DNA of 64,000 bases, from NCBI RefSeq assembly GCF_001194135.2, contig NC_068982.1, forward strand, positions 111,991,098-112,055,097. Reading direction: 5' to 3'. Shown piece after piece: positions 13,247 through 26,876 of the stretch (position 1 is its first letter; each line of letters opens with the position of its first letter). The translations under genes were made by a program, and so were the position numbers. The notes below the pieces were generated by a model. It searched no databases and had not been told where the DNA came from. It was given only the letters and a program-made list of their open reading frames with translations. This DNA comes from Octopus bimaculoides. Taxonomy: Eukaryota.

Positions 13247-14327
13247 CATCATCTGTAACGCAATCAAACCTCTAAGGATAGCATCGAATACACTGAAAGC
13301 AATCATTCTTGAAGACATCGTCTTGGAATCCAATTCTCTACATCAAATATATTTGTGACATTACTTTCATCGCCGTAATTATAGCAANNNNNNNNNNATA
13401 TATATATGTATATATATATATATGCACCTGTGGTTAACAAACGCAATCGTTCATTCGCTTATTGTTGTGTGTTTTTACTATGTCAAATAAATGTTCAATG
13501 GATAAGCGTAAACATAAAGGTGCACTTGTATATCCATTATAAACTGAAAGACATAACGTACTGAAGAGCACATTGTACTGAAAAGCATAATCAAGTGTAA
13601 TTCATGTTAGAATGCGATGAAGAGTGTTTTATCCTAAATTGTGTAAAGATAAAGAATATTGAAATAAAATTATAGAAAGGATATTGAGTATCTTATTGAA
13701 AACTTCAATAGATGTGTTTTGTATTAAATGCGTGTATGTCTGTATATAGAAAAGTATGTAGATATATTTGCGTGTCTATTTGTTTGTATGTATATTTTAT
13801 TTTCGGAGGTATGTACGTACGAACGTGTGCATGAACGCATGTGTACATGTATTTATGTAGTTTTATATATATATATGAACGTGTGTATGTGTACATATAC
13901 CTATATATATATATATATATATATATANNNNNNNNNNNNNNNNNNNNNNNNNNNNNNNNNNNNNNNNNNNNNNNNNNNNNNNNNNNNNNNNNNNNNNNNN
14001 NNNNNNNNNNNNNNNNNNNNNNNNNNNNNNNNNNNNNNNNNNNNNNNNNNNNNNNNNNNNNNNNNNNNNNNNNNNNNNNNNNNNNNNNNNNNNNNNNNNN
14101 NNNNNNNNNNNNNNNNNNNNNNNNNNNNNNNNNNNNNNNNNNNNNNNNNNNNNNNNNNNNNNNNNNNNNNNNNNNNNNNNNNNNNNNNNNNNNNNNNNNN
14201 NNNNNNNNNNNNNNNNNNNNNNNNNNNNNNNNNNNNNNNNNNNNNNNNNNNNNNNNNNNNNNNNNNNNNNNNNNNNNNNNNNNNNNNNNNNNNNNNNNNN
14301 NNNNNNNNNNNNNNNNNNNNNNNNNNN

Positions 14328-14363
<36 letters not shown>

Positions 14364-14493
14364 TACATAAATGCATATAACAGACACAGAAACGTGCATA
14401 TGTGGGTGTTGCTTCTTTTAGCCTCAGCGTTTAGGCCATTATTCTGACGCTGTGTTGTTTAAATATAGATTTTAAAACTGCTTGTACCTCTCC

Positions 14494-14797
14494 AAAAGAA
14501 AAAAAAGAAATTGGTTGTTATTTTTTGCATGTCAAGCAAGTATAAAGGTTCTTTTCAGCTGGAAATACCAATGGCGGATGGACATGGTGCCCCACTGGTA
14601 TTTTCATCATAGCTGTGTCTATCACAAACAGTTTTGTCGACGATCTGTTCGAAAGAATAGCTTCTGAATTTAACCGTTTGGCTCACTGTTGCAAACAATC
14701 GACCCTGAATAGCCCTGAGCTACAGACTCTTGTTCTTCTTCTCCTGTCTAGTGAATTGACCAAACACGCTATCTTGTTGAGAATGCGTACTTCTTAG
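14494..14797 (+). pseudogene. H2B: Histone H2B pseudogene
   Basis: [60 protein letters not shown] aligns to H2B [60 protein letters not shown]. KRKKR and KVL lie upstream in another frame. Frameshift, premature stop, no start codon. Confidence 0.88.
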
Positions 14798-15857
14798 TAG
14801 AGTATTTATTATTTATACGTAAGTATTCAATGAGATTCTGTTGATGTACAATGAGATAGAAAGGGAGGGAGACAAAGACTTAGAGTGCGTGAGAGAAAGG
14901 GTAAGAGAAAGAGACAGAATTGTACAGTTAATACCCAGAACTGAAATAGTCATCGTTGCAATGATGAAACCCGAATGTTTTTCAATCGAATAGTAATACA
15001 TTTATAGCTAACATCTGTATCATTAAACTTACGAAACAGTTGTAAATTAGTATTTTTTTCACATATAAATTAGAATGATGTAGTGTGAAAGAAAATGTAT
15101 AAAAAAATAAACAATTATATTAGCTTACTGAATAATTTTCTGGCGAGTTAATTCGTTTCAAAAATCAAACATACAAATAAACAAGTTTCTTGTGTTTTTT
15201 TATCTCCGATGGCTAGTTGCTGAATTATTTCTTTCCTTTCCAGCCCCACAAACCCGTAATCATAAGCGATACCAAGTAATAGAATGAGTAGTTATATAAG
15301 TTATTCCAAATAATTACAAGTTAAAAGAAGTTATATTGTTCTTTCTCCAAATGTAACTTATAAAAACTCTTGTTTTAGATACTAGCAATAATACTTTACA
15401 TTTCCTGAGCTTATAGGGAATATCAGAAAATGTCACAAGCTTATGACTATCTCCTAGAAAAGATTAGCCCTTTATAAATTTCCAGCTATCTGGGTGAAAA
15501 CCCTGTGGTTTACAACTTGGGACAAACAAACATTCACTTTATATATTAAAATTTATAAAGTAAGTGAAACATTGATTATAATGTCTGTGGACAAATAATA
15601 GAGATATATTAAAAAAAATATAGAATTATTGGGTAAAGAGAATTTATAGTGAGAAATGAAAATGTAATAATGCATCAGCTTACTCTTATTACTAATGAAA
15701 ACTTTTAATAAATAACATTCAGCATTTTGTATAAAATATATGTATAAAATTATACATGTGTCTATATTCTCCAAATTACACACTTGATTAACACGATTAT
15801 AAATGTTAAGTCTAGCAATTCATTATTCATGGTCATTGAGATGTTTTATTTGCAAGG

Positions 15858-16028
15858 TTTAGGGCTGTGAGATGCCACTTTGCAGCAAACACAATTCATG
15901 TTCAGCTCAGAGGACGGAAGCAACATGAAAAAATGTGCTTTCCCCAAGGAAACATCGTACGACCACTCGGGAAATCGAATCCACGATTCCACGGTCGTGT
16001 GTCCTATAGCCCAGTCATTGACCACATA
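15858..16028 (-). mobile_element. Degenerate tRNA-derived SINE, similar to 22090-22288
   Basis: Minus-strand box B-like GGATTCGATTTC followed by a body resembling the 22.1-kb copy (TTCATGTT.C.TC). Confidence 0.55.
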
Positions 16029-17377
16029 TATTCACATGCATAGCAATATGTGTTTAAAAAAAAAGAGAAGATGCAACTGCATTATATTCGAAAATTTTTC
16101 GTCAATTGATGACATATATTTAAGGAAGTTTAAAATTTAGTATTTAGATCTCATTGATAACCTGATTGCGTACTGTCATTGTTGTTGTTCGTATTATTAT
16201 TTTGTTTATATTCGGATCAGGGATCCATAATCGTGCAAGCTATAATCAAAGGGTTTTACCCGCGACCATGCCGCCTTTTATTCAGACATAGTTTATGCTG
16301 GAACACATTATTCATTGTATTCTTTGTTTTGTAATTCAATTTGTAAGAGATGTGGCAGTTATTTTCTCTTGACGACTAAAAAGAGTGTCTTTCTTTGGCT
16401 TATACCCGGCATGCTTTTCTATTGTTTTCCCTTCAATAATATTTAACCACTCTTCTTCGGGTCATCCACCATTATAGATACTATGCTTCACTATCACTGG
16501 TGATCTCTTCTAGTGACAGCATATCGTTGATAGGAAAAACAAATGTTATACCACAAAAATGACCTTTCACTTCGGGAAGAATAATTAATTCCACCCACAA
16601 CAACTACTCTTCTACTACAAGTGAGAGAAGCGAGGAAATGCTACTCCAACTGAGACAGTACTGGTGCTACACATACAATATCCTATATTAATAAAAAGGC
16701 CACAAGAATGAGTTGCGCAGCAATTTGCTGCCTCCACACTCGGTCTTTTCTGCCGTTATGCATAGCCTGCTCTGCAAATTGGCTAGTAACGGTTCACATC
16801 TTCACTACTTCTGATCACTACTTTCCTTCATTCATCGTCCATATTATGTCAATTCTTAGGGCTCGAACTAACCACTTAAAATAATCCTTTCTCCCTAGAA
16901 TGTTACAAAAAAAAACTAATGAAAAAAACATTGCTATACCCTAAACTACTTTAAGCTTTATTTGGAAATCATAAAGCAATGTGATATTTGGTATCTATAG
17001 AAGACTTATTTTAACTAACTGACATTATTACCCTTATCAGAGGCCTATAATGAAAGATGTTCTAAAGAGGATCTCTTTACAGACAACATGTTAAAAACTG
17101 CATTATCCAACGTCCTTCATTTCATAAGACAATATAGTATGATTCGGAAGAAATTTAGTTGCTATTTTAGCAGCTAGAATGACCATGTTGAAGCTTAGCT
17201 GTTAGTGTGATATTTAACTAGTATTGAGGACATGTTGCCGTTGAGAAACTCATAAATATCTAAGGCTTATTCACTAAATATGAAGAATTTCCGAAATCTA
17301 AAATTGTAGGAGTATTAATTCGAATTCAAAAATTATCCCGTATGATTTGTTTTAATATAATAGATAAAGAATATAAG

Positions 17378-17476
<99 letters not shown>

Positions 17477-18725
17477 ACACATCTTATTCTTATATTAGAA
17501 TTATGAGAATTGAGTGTATCTTTCAAAATATCTATAAACTAGCGTTTACCTTTCCTAATGGAAACTTCCATAGCTTCAGATCAATTATTGATCATAGAAC
17601 TAGAACGGATTCCAAGGTTTGATCTTGAGCTCTATGTATATACACCAAATGTACCACATCGATCACCGTCTTAATTTTAGTATCACTAGCCTTGTCGAAA
17701 GAAACGTAAAGTTAAGAGATTTGATGCTAATTTAACTGTAAAATATGTACTAATTATCAATTCGACAGCATTAGGGCGTCTACTTCAGATGTTTTTGGTA
17801 GGTCCCATTGACCTATAAATGAGATTACCTACATTCATTGCAATTTACCTCTGAAACTCGAAGTATCAAACACTGACACACATGAATAAATATCAATTAA
17901 CCACGTAGACACATACACACACACATACGCGCGCACATGTACACACAGCACATACACTGGACTTACACTGAGCATACAACGCAAAAACAAAGCCTTTCTA
18001 ATTAAACCGACACATACACACGTGTACACTCACACACAAACACGAACATACACATTCACACCATTCAAAAACAATGAAAGACTAACAAAACCTTAGAGAG
18101 TTTAGTTTACGGCACAACAAGTAAATGAGGGCACGTCAGCAATAAGGGCGCAGGTTACGGAAAGTAAAGGAATGACTCTCAAGACTAAGAAATTGATTAA
18201 TAAAATGATCGAACACGCAACTGATTCGTTAACTAGTTGACTGTGGTCAACAAGAGGATATAATAGAAGATATTTTCCCAAGTTGGGTAAAGTGGGATCG
18301 AACCTAGAGATGTGAACTTCCTAACCACACAGCTTTGCTTATATCCAAGATAAGAGTAACTTAACTTTTAATTACTACTGGATTAGAATTAAACTCTTAC
18401 ACTACTCCACTCGAAGGTAGCGAACTGAATTTTTACATTGCAGGCCATTAAAGCAGTGACCGAGTTTACTGTGCTTCCATTATTTATAGCGGTGAACTAA
18501 ACAACCCTGGCATAAATACTTACTGCAGTAATCTCAAAGTTCAAGGATTAAATATTTCGATACTGGCGACATTGTGTAGCCTTGCTTACACGAAATTGAA
18601 TCCCCAACCACACGATTAGTTGTCCAATAACTTAGCTATTCCAGTTGAATAAACACTACAGCAACTGAGAAGTCTAGGGACCTGCAAAATTCAAGGGCAT
18701 TTGACAACCACTTTTGACAAGCCAA

Positions 18726-20136
18726 CGCTGAACCGCAAAAGAAACGCGATTTCTTCAAATGTCATTTTTATATGGTAAATTCTGAAAATTTATTTCGGGT
18801 ATGTAAGTGCAAATATTCCAAGACATGCTGTTTTATGGCTAAGATCTATATTGCAAGTAACCTTTCAACTTTCCCTGAAACGAGACGCCAAAACGCAGCT
18901 GCGTTGAATGCCGTGGGTGGCAGTCGCGAACAATTGTCATGAAAACCGAAATTCGCGTGCATCTCGTGGAGGTCATGGGTGAAAAATCAACTTGAACCAC
19001 GTTCCTGGCATTCGTAATTTGGACGCATCGAATATGACTCGATTGTCAGCAGCGCAGAGAGAACAAGCTATCGGTCGATTGCAAGCAAGGCAGCGTTCCC
19101 TGGTTGTTGCGAAAGCTTACATTATCCATGTCAGCACCATCAATCGCCTGCAAAAGTGATACAACACTAACAGCACTGCAGACCTTGCTCGCAGGGGGTA
19201 CCTCCGGGTGACCACGCCCAGGTAAAGACAACGTCATCCACCTGCAACACCTCTGTGAGCGATTGGGACCGGCCAGCGTGACAGCTCGCGAGACCATTGG
19301 CACTGGACAGCGACCCATCAACGACGACACGGTACGACGTCGACTGGCCACCAACAACTTGCGTTGACGTCGTCCTGCTCGAGGGCCTCTCCTCACCTCT
19401 CACCACCGTCAGGTACGTCTACAGTGGGCTACACAGCACCGACATTGGCGGTATCAATAATGGAAGCCGATAGACCTCTCTAACTTGAGCCGGTACTACG
19501 TTTCCACCTCGGATAGCAGAGTGAGGGTGAATACTACAGAAACACATGTGTCACATGCATCATGGTTTGGGGTGCTATATGCCTGAATCCTAAGACCTCA
19601 CATCGTACCCTTCTTAGCGCGTCCCCATAGCCACGTGTTCCAGCAGGACAATGCTCCCTCCCACACGACCAGGGTCACCATGGACTTCCTGCGTCAGCAC
19701 AACATCAGAAACATGCCGTGGCTGGCTGTCAGCCCTAATTGAACACCTGTGGGATGAAATCCAGCGACGGCTGAACCAGGTGGTCCCAAGGCCGAAAACT
19801 CGTATGGAACTGGGGGCAGCTTTTTTCAGGGTGTGAGCACAGGTACCAATGGGTTTTGTGAACCACCTCATGCACTCAATGTACCGAGAGTGTATGGTCG
19901 CTTTGAACAATACCGTGTATGTAGGGCATACACGGTATTGAACATGTCACGCCCTAAAACTTCGATGTGCTGGATCCGCCCACTGCCAGAACACATGACA
20001 ACGACCCCATAGACTGAGGTCAAAGTGCATTCAAGAAATTGACTTTATCAGATTTATCAAAATTTATCTCTGACATAATGAAATTAAAGCATATTTCACA
20101 GTCATACACGTCTCGTGTTTATTTTGCAGTTCAGTG
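18726..20136 (+). mobile_element. Tc1/mariner DNA transposon, decayed and internally deleted, both TIRs present
   Basis: Left TIR CGCTGAACCGCAAAAGAAACGCGA (18726) matches the reverse complement of the right end, CACTGAACTGCAAAATAAACACGA (ends 20136, followed by TA). Transposase remnants lie between them. Confidence 0.92.
19034..19941 (+). pseudogene. Tc1-family DD34E transposase pseudogene
   Basis: MTRLSAAQREQAIGRLQ (HTH start), TVRRRL..RRPARGPLLT, IMVWGAI, VFQQDNAPSH, W..SP, IEHLWDEIQRRL, GHTRY*. Multiple stops and frameshifts; DLNP and part of the catalytic domain are deleted. Restoring DLNP gives D34E spacing. Confidence 0.9.
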
Positions 20137-20747
20137 TAGAAGTAAAACAACCCGCTATCCCTTCCTCAGTGGTGGCTGCCACATTTCCCCTAAAGTACTC
20201 ATTATCACCTTAATAAAGAGATGTGTAAAAGTACACTATCGCTGAAAAGGAAACGATAGTATGGTCATGAATTACGTACAATTGATCATAAGTTTGTTCC
20301 ATCAGAGCAAAGTTGGAGATAAACAACCAAAAAAAAAAAAAACAGCAAGAACATTGATAACAACAACAATGACAGCATTCCACATCGGTTCACTATATTT
20401 TATCAAATTTTTTTTTTATTCTTGTCATTATCCAAATAAAGTTTCAAGTTCTAATTTATTCAGACAGTTTTAGAGCCTTAAATAATGCTGTACATTTCTC
20501 TATGCGTACTACACTCTCTACTCTAGCTGCAGAATGTAGTGGCTTTTCTATTCTATTATGACTGCTTTAATGCTATTAACTATTGTGTTTCATCATAATC
20601 CTGTGATGTTTTAAAGTGCAGCTGGTCTGACATGAAATGAACTAGTTAGTTATAATAATATACTATGATGACATTAAAAAAAGTCCTTAAAATACTCATG
20701 GCATAGGTCAAGACTTTTCTGTTGCATGATTATTATCGTTTGATGTA

Positions 20748-20822
<75 letters not shown>

Positions 20823-21056
20823 TACACACATGACCAAAAGAAAAAAAAACAGAAGAATATTATTTGAAGTAACAAGAATAAAATGATAACATCGGAAAGA
20901 GTTTAAGCCAAATTTCGGTATTATTTCTATCAACTTGCCTCGATATCGAAAGATTCCAGTTAAATTCACAAGAATTTTAATGGTGTTTTATATAAATACA
21001 ATCAAATTATACAGAAAAGTTCTACATTACCCTTATTTGCTCAGAAGAGAAGTGAT

Positions 21057-21093
21057 ACTTACCTAGAAAAGAAAGAAGAAAAAATCTGTTAGC
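21057..21093 (-). promoter_or_regulatory. Candidate recursive splice site (zero-length exon, AG|GTAAGT)
   Basis: Minus strand GCTAACAGA-TTTTTTCTTCTTTCTTTTCT-AG|GTAAGT: CTAAC branch-point motif, 20 uninterrupted pyrimidines, AG immediately followed by a consensus donor. Confidence 0.55.
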
Positions 21094-21635
21094 AGAACAA
21101 ATATATTATTAATATTTATAAATATTACATATTACTATTATAACAGAATAGGTGACACTTCATGAACATAAAATATAAAGCCACTGTAACGGTGAAGACA
21201 ATATTTGACACATAATAAGAGTATTGTGTACAATAGATCTGCAAAATAAACAAAGCTGGTGATTATTGTATATACGGGATTTCGAATGACTAAAAAGATA
21301 CATCACAATATAATAGTTTCAGTTGCAGCATAACATCAAATTAAATTTCTGATCGAACAGGTACAACTATGAAATTATGACACGGATACATGCATAATAA
21401 ACAAACACAAACACACGCTCATGAAAATGCATAGCATACACATACAGATAGGTGTAAAAAATATAAAAAGAAATAAATTACGGAAGACATGCCAAGGGAG
21501 ATAAATATCAGTGATTGAATATCTGCACTACTAGAAGTTTCACGAACACAATAAGCACGTCTGAACGCTTGAATCCTTTACTCCCCCTCAGCACACAACC
21601 TAAGTAATTCCCCCTCTTTTTCTTATTTTTCTTTC

Positions 21636-22025
21636 ATGTTCTCGCTCAAGCTAGGCAGCATATATGTACGTGGCCTGGGATCGGCTTGGAAGCAAGGATA
21701 CTTGCTCAACGATCTCAGACCAATGGATTTGGATGTAATAGTCATATGAGACTAACTTGAGCGTGAATTCCTAAGTCTTATCCGAGCGACCAGTTTGGCT
21801 CGTGGCTTGTGGTGTCTCCACGTCCAACCCAGCATGCTCCTCCTTTCGGTGTACCACCTTGTTATCCTCATTTATATTTAAACTTTTTCAAACTTCACGC
21901 TTGTTACCACTGTTTACACGCTATCACTTTGTTATTTTATTTTGTTATCGATTATATGCATGACCCCACCCTGTCTGTCCTGTACTTGTCCCTCTGTGTA
22001 AAGCCCTTAGTGGCCAATAAAGAAC
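21636..22025 (+). mobile_element. Internally deleted LINE: start of ORF2 APE endonuclease fused to a 3' UTR
   Basis: MFSLKLGSIYVRGLGSAWKQGYLLNDLRPMDLDVIVI then (frameshift) ETNL matches the APE N-terminal motifs GSxNVRGL...ET. The sequence then jumps to a pyrimidine-rich tail ending in AATAAA at 22016-22021. Confidence 0.72.
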
Positions 22026-22089
22026 AGAATTGAATTTCTTGCCGAACAATCACGCAGATGATTTGTATATAATGATTAAATATTTGTGT

Positions 22090-22287
22090 ACACATAAGCT
22101 CACTTCCTCCATCAAATCGACATTACCAGTACAGGTGCACCGTGTGCCACATGTCATGACGAAATGATCACAGAGGAACATGAAATGAAGTAGTTTGCTC
22201 TAGAATACAACGGAACGCCCGGTCTGGGAATCGAACCCACGATCTCGCAATCATGAGTGCAACACTCTAACTACTAAGCTTTGCGCC

Positions 22288-22288
<1 letters not shown>
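22090..22288 (-). mobile_element. tRNA-derived SINE
   Basis: Minus strand AGGCGCAAAGCTTAGTAGTTAGAGTGTTGCACTCATGATTGCGAGATCGTGGGTTCGATTCCCAGACC. Box B GGTTCGATTCC at 22237->22227 and a box A-like segment. Boundaries approximate. Confidence 0.75.
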
Positions 22289-22326
<38 letters not shown>

Positions 22327-22569
22327 NNNNNNNNNNNNNNNNNNNNNNNNNNNNNNNNNNNNNNNNNNNNNNNNNNNNNNNNNNNNNNNNNNNNNNNNNN
22401 NNNNNNNNNNNNNNNNNNNNNNNNNNNNNNNNNNNNNNNNNNNNNNNNNNNNNNNNNNNNNNNNNNNNNNNNNNNNNNNNNNNNNNNNNNNNNNNNNNNN
22501 NNNNNNNNNNNNNNNNNNNNNNNNNNNNNNNNNNNNNNNNNNNNNNNNNNNNNNNNNNNNNNNNNNNNN

Positions 22570-22649
<80 letters not shown>

Positions 22650-22894
22650 TATGCATACACACACGCATATACACACACATGTACATAGGCAAAGCCTTGT
22701 AAATGTATATACAGTTGTGTTTATAAAAATGAAACCTTTAGTCTGGTTAAATTAAATGTATTTCAAATTAGTTATTTGTTTCACAAATAAAATAAGGATG
22801 CACTCCGCTTAATACAGAGATGTGAGTAGTGGTGGGCGGTACTTAGATTTATCTTGTTGACAATAATGGCGTTATTTTTTTTCTGCCGACGTCA

Positions 22895-23285
22895 ATAATG
22901 ATGATAATGATGATGCTGACGAAGACAACGGTGGAAGTGATGATGGTGACGATGCTGATGATATTGATGATGATTGTGAAGGTAATGCTGGTGATAATAG
23001 TGTTGGTAATTATAATATTGATAATGATAATTAGAAAGATAATGAGAAAGCTGAGGACAATTATGGTGATGTTGATGATAATGATTATGGTTTTCGCGAT
23101 TATAATGGATTATGACTGTAGCGGTAGTAGTTGTGGTGGTGTTGGTGGTGTTGGGAAATGGTGCTAATATGAAGATTATCATTATAAAGTTGTTAGTCAT
23201 GTAGTTGCACAAGCTGTTCTGACAGCTGCTGCTGCTGAAAATGATGTTGCTGATGTTAAGTCTGATGATCGCTGATGGTCGTGGT
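22895..23285. repeat. Cryptic trinucleotide (GAT/GGT/AAT) low-complexity tract
   Basis: Degenerate NNT-periodic sequence that explains the spurious His-rich and Met/Ile-rich ORFs. Confidence 0.85.
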
Positions 23286-23308
23286 AATGGTGCCGGCTTA
23301 GTTTAGAT

Positions 23309-23545
23309 CAGTGGTTCCTAAACATTTCGGGCTGTTTCCCCGCTAGACACCCAGGCCACATTCCTAGCGCTACCACCCGCAACTAACCATCACAAACACA
23401 GACCTCTTTCTGAAGCAAATTCAAAGCAACGGTATTTCACAAATAAAACTTAACTTAATGAACCTATAATTTTGTTGCTTTTACATGAATTACTACCCCT
23501 TTATCACCCCGTGTGGTGGCGGGTGGGGGGGGGGATCTCGCAATA
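23309..23545 (+). mobile_element. Possible left end of a hAT-type DNA transposon or MITE
   Basis: Starts CAGTGGTTCCTAAAC, typical of hAT TIRs, followed by a GC-rich stretch. No matching right TIR found; the right boundary is approximate. Confidence 0.45.
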
Positions 23546-26500
23546 TCTTATTAATGGAGATTTGGTCCGAATGCTTCCAACAGAAGTTGCTGGTGTATAC
23601 TTAAAAGAACTTGGAAAATTAAAAGGCAAACAAAAGGATTTGCTTGTCTTTTAAGGATTTGAACTCGGATCGTAAAGGAATATATTGCAAATCATGTTGC
23701 CTAGTCTTGATATATTTATATTATTGATTTCTTACATTGGCACAAGGCCATACAATCTGGAGAAGTAGCATCCTGGTGAATTGTTATTGTACAGCTATGG
23801 TAAAAGGAGCGCAGTGTAAAAGTGAGAAAGAAGGAAGGCAGAAATAAAGAGAGAGTGAAAGAGAGAGACAGAGAGGGAGAGAGAGAGAGACAGAGAGAGA
23901 GAGACAGAGAGAGAGAGAAGGAGAAAGAGAGGAGAGTACATTGAACGTAAAATTATCTAAAACCATTATTTTTTATTCTCATCAAAGCATAGTAAAAGCA
24001 TCAATTCGAAACATAAAAGATAATGTACTAAGCCAACTAGTTGTCATTTTTTTTATCATTTACACATTTACTCGTTAGTATTTGAAATATATATTTTTGA
24101 AGAGGAATATTAACTATTCTGTCTACCAGAGTGTGTATACCTGTACATATACAAGTCTTTCTGCCGGAACTGTGTCAACTAGCGACACATCTATATCATT
24201 GCTGGTTTTGTCTTCTTTCTGGTATTAATAGAATTCCTTTTGAATATTACATTTTCTTTGATTCAGACTCATGTCTTAATATCCGGTCTTCAAATACTTG
24301 CCTACGTAACAGACTTTTAATACTCACTCCATAAATATCTTTTACCTCCATTTAGCTTCTGCCTACACAACCTACCACCACTCATAACTCATAAACTTTT
24401 CATACGTTTGGTTAATCCATTAATATTCTTTTCAATTTAGACCTCTTCCATTAATAATCAAACGTTTAATGAATTGATGTTCGACTCACCGTATCGGATA
24501 GGTAGATATTCAGTTTTCTAGAATGTTCTATTTTGTTGGAAATCTTATTGACATATCGGACAACTATTCCATCCGTCATCTATATTAATATCCGAACCAC
24601 CACGACTATCAAGACCACATTCGAACGGACAACAAAGAATGATTTCAGTCTATCAATAAGACGTCTTCAAAACTATAGACACTTGTATTCAATGGAGATC
24701 CCCACCCAACCGCAACACTGCCTAATCTATCCACTGACCTTATATTGTTGCCACAAATTCAGTACATCGTTGATGACTAAACAGCTTGGTACACAAACTC
24801 CTTCAGTCAACATATTTCAATTCCAATAGTGTTATAGTATTGTTGTTATATTAATGTACAGCTTCAGGACATGAAGACATTTCTATAGTAATATGTGTTA
24901 CTATTGAGATAATTTTTTCAATACACATTTCAATAAATTTCACCTAGAGGCTAGATTTTCGAGTCTTTTTATAAAATTTACGTTGACTCATAAATGAACA
25001 AAGAGATACGTTGATAAATGTTTTATGCTGAGACATATATTAAATCTATCCTACTGATGGTGATTACAAAGATAGTCTAAAACGATCTATTTCAATGTCT
25101 CATTTTATATAACAATCTAACACTTGCCATTTAGTAAAGATAACACCTGAAACCTATAAAACATCTCAAGGAGTACAAGCAAATCTTGTTGACCCCCATC
25201 GTAAACAAAAGAAAACACACAGAATGTATGCGCTAGGTATTCGTGTACGTGTTTTATATTAGCATTTTTTGATACACATGATTTTATAAATAAATAGTAG
25301 TATTATAGAATATATGTGAAAACATAATTATGATAAATAAAGAATTGATTAGAAATTCTCAGTTATCTTTATGACTTGAAAATAGCATTAATCTTGTGAC
25401 ATTTATACAAATTAAAAGAATAGTTGGCTTAGTCATGATTCGAACTTTTATTTATGTGGCATATTAAATGTATGATTGTTTGAATTAAGTGAGCTTTCTT
25501 TGATGAATTTCCGTTTCGGTTCATTTGCATGATAGGATTTCCGGTGAACGAGTAAATTAGGTCATCAAACAGCATTCTTTTCGGGCTTCATCAAATTCAG
25601 ACTCTTCGTAGCATATGTATTATATGTCTGTTTGAGTATGGATGTGGTTTTTTTTTGTGTGTGTGTGTGTGTAGTTAGAAAGATACAGTACAAAGATGAA
25701 TTGATGGTAGGAAAAATTGCAAAGCCACTAGAAGTGGAGTAAGTTTTCTTTTTCGTGGGAATTATAACAAATTCCATTTATCTAGTTTAGTTATGCAATT
25801 ATGATATATTAGGGAAATGTATCGGAATAATTTTAGAATTTTCGAGATTATTTTAGAATAATATCTGTATAAAATATAGTAGAAGTGAAATCACTCACAT
25901 GTACTTAAAACTGTTGCAAAATGTTCGGCTTAGCTTCAGAATATAATTAATGAACTTGTTAACGCAAAACTCTCTTTGGTTATCAAAATGCTCTCCAGAT
26001 CAAGAAACTTTTAACATCTTCACTTATAATAATGGTGCTTTCTTCAGCATTCATTCCGAAAGAAAATTGAGTTATGTAGAAAATGACAAAAGGACCAAGA
26101 TAAGAAAAATTATATGGTATAAATATTCGACACTTAATTAAAGAAACATTTACTCCAAACACAAATACTACAAAATATATATAAAAAATTGCATTAAAAT
26201 TTTATGTTCAATCATATGCTTTATAAACTGTAAATGACAACTGAAAGGTATTGTTCGCCAGGCAACAAGGGAAACTAATAATCCATCAATGATATATATT
26301 AGTCTCATCTCATATCATTTGATTTTTAGATATCACAAGTATACTTTCATGTTCTGCAACCTCGACGGTAGTACTGACGCAATACTCTCTTAAATTCATA
26401 TAAGGATTGGAAACAGAACCCTTTTATTATATCGTTAAATGGAAAATCCCTGTGCTCACTCATTATTATACAACGAAAAAAAAAAACTCGCTGACTGGAC

Positions 26501-26795
26501 AATTGAAAAGTTTGAAAATACTATTTGTTAAAGAAATGCACCTTAACAGATATCGTGAATGTTTACGTTTTTGCTACACAGAATATTCAAAATTTTGTTT
26601 TAATCGTTTGATATACTCTAAATGATAAACTCAGATGCAACACCTTCGTAATAATACATTATAAGTATTTCAGAATGGAATATATGCAATTTTATCTTCT
26701 TTAATCAATTATTTGAAAAACTTTAATATAAATTTATTTTGAGCTATTTATTCTAGTTAGTGTAGTTTTCAGTTCTAACGAGCAAACACAAACTC

Positions 26796-26876
<81 letters not shown>

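Noticed and set aside
16330-16860. Coding-like composition on the minus strand
   Set aside because: Many stops in all frames and no recognisable motif.
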